Source of the DNA: Wigglesworthia glossinidia endosymbiont of Glossina morsitans morsitans (Yale colony)
Lineage (GTDB): Bacteria; Pseudomonadota; Gammaproteobacteria; Enterobacterales; Enterobacteriaceae
Assembly (NCBI RefSeq): GCF_000247565.1
Contig: NC_016893.1
Location: 630,001-662,000 of the forward strand
DNA: 32,000 bases
Reading direction: 5' to 3'
This document shows positions 28,530 to 32,000 of the stretch, one piece after another. A program made the position numbers and the translations under genes. Every line of letters starts with the position of its first letter. Positions within the stretch are counted from its first letter, which is position 1. The notes below the pieces were generated by a model. The model saw only the letters and a list, made by a program, of their open reading frames with translations. It searched no databases and was not told where the DNA came from.

Positions 28530-29801
28530 ATGACAGATAACCGTAAAAATGCTTCAAATACATTTCTTTGCTGCTCCTTTTGTGGAAAAAATCAAAACGA
28601 AGTACGTAAATTAATCGCAGGTATGTCAGTATATATTTGTGATGAATGTATTATGCTATGTCATAATATTATAAAAAAAGAAACACAACAATTAGAATCT
28701 AGTTATGATTTTATTACTTTACCAAAACCATGTGAAATATTTAACTATCTAAATAGTTATGTGATTGGTCAAGAAAAAGCCAAAAAAGTATTATCGGTAT
28801 CCGTTTACAATCATTATAAAAAATTAAAATATTTAAAATTGCAAAATACTGTCGAATTAGGTAAGAGTAATGTATTATTAATTGGTCCAACTGGTAGCGG
28901 TAAAACACTATTAGCTGAGACTTTAGCAAGATTTCTTCAAGTACCTTTTATAATTTCTGATGCTACCACATTAACAGAAGCTGGATATGTCGGAGAAGAT
29001 GTAGAAAATATAATACAAAGATTATTACAAAAATGCGACTTTAATATAAAAAAAGCTCAACACGGAATTATATATATTGATGAAATTGATAAAATCTCTA
29101 GAAAATCAGATAATCCATCCATTACTAGAGATGTTTCTGGAGAAGGAGTACAACAAGCATTATTAAAATTAATAGAAGGCACAGTTGCTTCAGTACCTAA
29201 AAAAGGCGGCAGAAAACATCCTCAGCAAGAATTTTTTCATGTAGATACATCTAGTATACTGTTTATTTGCGGCGGCGCATTTTCTGGATTAAATAATATT
29301 ATTCATCAAAGAATCATAGCAAAAAATAGCATTGGTTTTACTGCGGAAATGAAAAAAAAATCAGAAAAATGTAATAAAAATAACTTGTTAAATAAAGTGC
29401 AACCTGAAGATTTAATTAAATTTGGTTTAATACCTGAATTTATAGGACGATTACCAATACTGTCAGTATTAGAAGAATTAAACATATCAGAATTAACTAG
29501 AGTTTTAGTTTCTCCAAAAAATGCTTTAGTTAAGCAGTATCAATTTTTATTTAACTTAGAAGGAGTAGAATTAGAATTTAAAAAAAATGCACTAGTTTCT
29601 ATTGCTAAAAAATCTCTAAAAAGAAAAACTGGTGCTCGAGGATTAAGATCTATTATAGAATATATTTTGCTAGATACTATGTATTCTTTACCTTCCACGC
29701 AAAATGTAAAAAAAATAATTATTAATGACGGAGTAATTTTAAAAAAAGAAAAACCTATATTGATCTTTAATAAAGATACATTATCTAAATCAAAAAATTA
29801 A
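28530..29801 (+). CDS. clpX: ATP-dependent Clp protease ATP-binding subunit (AAA+ unfoldase)
   Basis: An N-terminal zinc-binding domain (CSFCGK...YICDECI), Walker A (GPTGSGKT), Walker B (IIYIDEIDK) and the ClpP-docking IGF loop (SIGFTAE) are present. An AGAGGA Shine-Dalgarno lies at 28516-28521. Confidence 0.95.
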   Translation: MTDNRKNASNTFLCCSFCGKNQNEVRKLIAGMSVYICDECIMLCHNIIKKETQQLESSYDFITLPKPCEIFNYLNSYVIGQEKAKKVLSVSVYNHYKKLKYLKLQNTVELGKSNVLLIGPTGSGKTLLAETLARFLQVPFIISDATTLTEAGYVGEDVENIIQRLLQKCDFNIKKAQHGIIYIDEIDKISRKSDNPSITRDVSGEGVQQALLKLIEGTVASVPKKGGRKHPQQEFFHVDTSSILFICGGAFSGLNNIIHQRIIAKNSIGFTAEMKKKSEKCNKNNLLNKVQPEDLIKFGLIPEFIGRLPILSVLEELNISELTRVLVSPKNALVKQYQFLFNLEGVELEFKKNALVSIAKKSLKRKTGARGLRSIIEYILLDTMYSLPSTQNVKKIIINDGVILKKEKPILIFNKDTLSKSKN

Positions 29802-29936
29802 TCTTAATTTATGAAGATTTTTATTATAAACAATAAATGCATTATTATTTATGGAATTTAATAATTTTATATATAAAATAATATTTTATCGTTAATATTA
29901 AAAGCATATTTAAGCTTATATTCAGAGAGACTTGAT

Positions 29937-32000
29937 ATGAATGCTGAGCATTCCCAAAAAATAGATATTCCAGTACTTCCATTAAGAGATGTAGTCGTAT
30001 ATCCACACATGGTAGTACCACTTTTTGTAGGAAGAGAGAAATCGATTCGTTGCCTCGAAATTTCTATGGAAAGAGATAAAAAAATTATGTTAATTGCGCA
30101 GAAAGAAGCTTCAAAAGATGAACCGAACATTGACGATCTTTTCTTGGTTGGTACTATTTCTTCTGTACTTCAAATGCTTAAACTACCTGATGGAACCGTA
30201 AAAGTACTAGTAGAAGGATTATCTCGAGCGAGTATTATTAATTTAAAAGATAATGGAGATTATTTTTCTGCAGAAATAAATTATTTTGTGATTACTGTTT
30301 CAGATAGTCGAGAACAAGAAGTATTAGTACGAGCTGCAATTAATCAGTTTGAAAATTACATTAAGTTAAATAAAAAAATTCCGCCTGAAGTTTTAACTTC
30401 GCTAAATAACATTAACGATCCAGCAAGATTAGCAGATACTATTGCCGCTCATATGCCATTAAAACTATCAGGAAAACAAACCGTATTAGAAATGACTAGT
30501 ATTACAGAAAGACTAGAATATCTTATGGCTATGATGGAATCAGAAATAGATTTATTGCAGATAGAAAAAAGAATTCGTAATCGAGTAAAAAAACAAATGG
30601 AGAAAAGTCAAAGAGAATATTATCTTAATGAACAAATGAAAGCTATACAAAAAGAACTAGGAGAAATAGAAGATACTCCAGATGAACATGAATCTTTAAG
30701 ATTAAAAATTAAATCAGCTAAAATGCCTAAAGAAGCTTTACAAAAAACAGAATCTGAATTAAAAAAATTAAAAATGATGTCTCCAATGTCAGCGGAAGCC
30801 ACAGTGGTACGCGGATATATTGATTGGATGTTATCTATACCTTGGAATACTCGTAGTAAAGTGAAAAAAAATTTAGTTATCGCTCAAAATACTCTTGACG
30901 AAGATCATTATGGATTAAAAAGAGTAAAAGATCGTATATTAGAATACTTAGCAGTGCAAAGTAGAATTTCAAAAATAAAAGGACCTATTTTATGTTTAAT
31001 GGGACCTCCAGGAGTAGGAAAAACTTCCTTAGGAAAATCTATTGCAAGAGCTACAGGAAGAAAATATATCCGTATGGCATTAGGCGGCATTCGTGATGAA
31101 GCAGAAATTCGCGGGCATCGAAGAACTTATATCGGCTCTATGCCAGGAAAAATTATTCAAAAAATGTCTAAAGTTGGAGTAAAAAATCCTTTATTTTTAT
31201 TAGATGAAATTGATAAAATTTCTACAGATATGCGAGGAGATCCAGCTTCAGCATTATTAGAAGTTTTAGATCCAGAACAAAATGTTGCATTCAATGATCA
31301 TTACTTAGAAGTAGATTATGATTTGTCAGATGTGATGTTTGTTGCCACATCTAATTCTATGCGTATTCCAGCAGCATTATTAGATCGTATGGAAGTAATT
31401 CGATTGTCTAGTTATACTGAAGATGAAAAACTAAATATTGCAAGAAAACATTTATTACCAAAACAAGTGCACCGTAATGCTCTTAAAAAAAATGAGTTGT
31501 GCATCGAAGATAATGCGCTTATGGGAATTATTCAATACTATACTAGAGAAGCAGGTGTAAGAAATTTAGAAAGAGAAATTTCTAAATTATGTCGAAAATC
31601 TGTTAAAATGATTTTAATGGATAAAGATATTAGTAGAATTCATATAAATAAAAAAAATTTAAAAAAATTTCTTGGAGTAAAACGATTTGATTATGGAAAA
31701 GCTGAAGAAAAAAATAGAATTGGTCAAGTTGTAGGGTTAGCTTGGACAGAAGTTGGCGGTGATTTATTAACAATAGAAACTGCTTGTGTTTCTGGAAAAG
31801 GAAAACTGACTTATACTGGATCTTTAGGAGAGGTTATGCAAGAATCTATTCAAGCAGCACTGACAGTAGTACGTGCTAGAGCAAATAAACTAGGTATAAA
31901 ACCAGACTTTTATGAAAAGCACGATATTCATGTGCACGTTCCAGAAGGCGCTACTCCCAAAGATGGTCCAAGTGCAGGAATAGCAATGTGTACTGCATTA
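29937..32000 (+). CDS. lon: Lon protease, 3'-partial (runs off the window end)
   Basis: This gene is not in the ORF track because no stop is reached. ATG at 29937 gives [41 protein letters not shown], nearly identical to remembered E. coli Lon. Walker A is GPPGVGKTS. The window ends after exactly 688 codons at ...[14 protein letters not shown], which contains the catalytic Ser context. Confidence 0.95.
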   Translation, partial: MNAEHSQKIDIPVLPLRDVVVYPHMVVPLFVGREKSIRCLEISMERDKKIMLIAQKEASKDEPNIDDLFLVGTISSVLQMLKLPDGTVKVLVEGLSRASIINLKDNGDYFSAEINYFVITVSDSREQEVLVRAAINQFENYIKLNKKIPPEVLTSLNNINDPARLADTIAAHMPLKLSGKQTVLEMTSITERLEYLMAMMESEIDLLQIEKRIRNRVKKQMEKSQREYYLNEQMKAIQKELGEIEDTPDEHESLRLKIKSAKMPKEALQKTESELKKLKMMSPMSAEATVVRGYIDWMLSIPWNTRSKVKKNLVIAQNTLDEDHYGLKRVKDRILEYLAVQSRISKIKGPILCLMGPPGVGKTSLGKSIARATGRKYIRMALGGIRDEAEIRGHRRTYIGSMPGKIIQKMSKVGVKNPLFLLDEIDKISTDMRGDPASALLEVLDPEQNVAFNDHYLEVDYDLSDVMFVATSNSMRIPAALLDRMEVIRLSSYTEDEKLNIARKHLLPKQVHRNALKKNELCIEDNALMGIIQYYTREAGVRNLEREISKLCRKSVKMILMDKDISRIHINKKNLKKFLGVKRFDYGKAEEKNRIGQVVGLAWTEVGGDLLTIETACVSGKGKLTYTGSLGEVMQESIQAALTVVRARANKLGIKPDFYEKHDIHVHVPEGATPKDGPSAGIAMCTAL

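Noticed and set aside
29802-29936. Sigma-32 heat-shock promoters upstream of lon and clpP (E. coli consensus CTTGAAA ... CCCCATNT).
   Set aside because: There is no CCCCAT-like -10 element in either spacer. The only cttga (29931-29935) abuts the lon ATG. No promoter call can be supported by eye in this composition.
1-32000. Alternative genetic code (UGA as Trp), CRISPR arrays, IS elements or integrases, tRNA/rRNA genes, prophage or defence islands.
   Set aside because: Gene lengths match E. coli orthologues under the standard code, and TGA is used as the arnC stop. No spaced direct repeats, no inverted terminal repeats and no transposase-like ORFs are present. There are no GC-rich structured islands of tRNA size in any spacer. 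Every ORF of 100 aa or more is accounted for by a housekeeping orthologue.

Overview
This window is extremely AT-rich (by eye about three quarters A+T, not computed), gene-dense and repeat-poor. It reads like the chromosome of a reduced-genome, Enterobacterales-derived insect endosymbiont in the Blochmannia/Wigglesworthia/Buchnera style; I cannot assign the taxon from this window alone. I can support 27 protein genes, all housekeeping. They fall into blocks collinear with my recollection of E. coli K-12: purA-rlmB | cspE + lipA-lipB-dacA-mrdB-mrdA-nadD-holA-lptE-leuS | rsmE-gshB-ruvX | engB | arnC-arnA-arnD-arnT | nadA | yajR-bolA-tig-clpP-clpX-lon. I saw no rRNA, tRNA, CRISPR array, transposase, integrase, phage gene or recognisable defence or toxin system. 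The intergenic spacers are nearly pure A/T with no coding signal. I therefore found no new multi-gene system, and I say so plainly. Five observations merit a second look. (1) Two important genes, mrdA (PBP2) and engB (GTPase), are each broken by a frameshift lying exactly in an A9 or A10 homopolymer. Homology continues seamlessly across each break, and adding one A restores the frame in both. That is the signature of poly(A) transcriptional-slippage rescue known from endosymbionts, or alternatively of homopolymer sequencing error. (2) About 26 further A/T tracts of 9 nt or more sit in frame inside genes. (3) ruvX has no ATG, GTG or TTG upstream of its conserved N-terminus and probably starts at ATT. 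(4) An arnC-arnA-arnD-arnT lipid A aminoarabinose cluster is retained in this tiny genome, but arnB and arnE/arnF are not adjacent. (5) Dispensable genes have been excised cleanly from otherwise E. coli-like operons. All homology statements rest on my reading of the ORF translations against remembered E. coli sequences; no database search was run.
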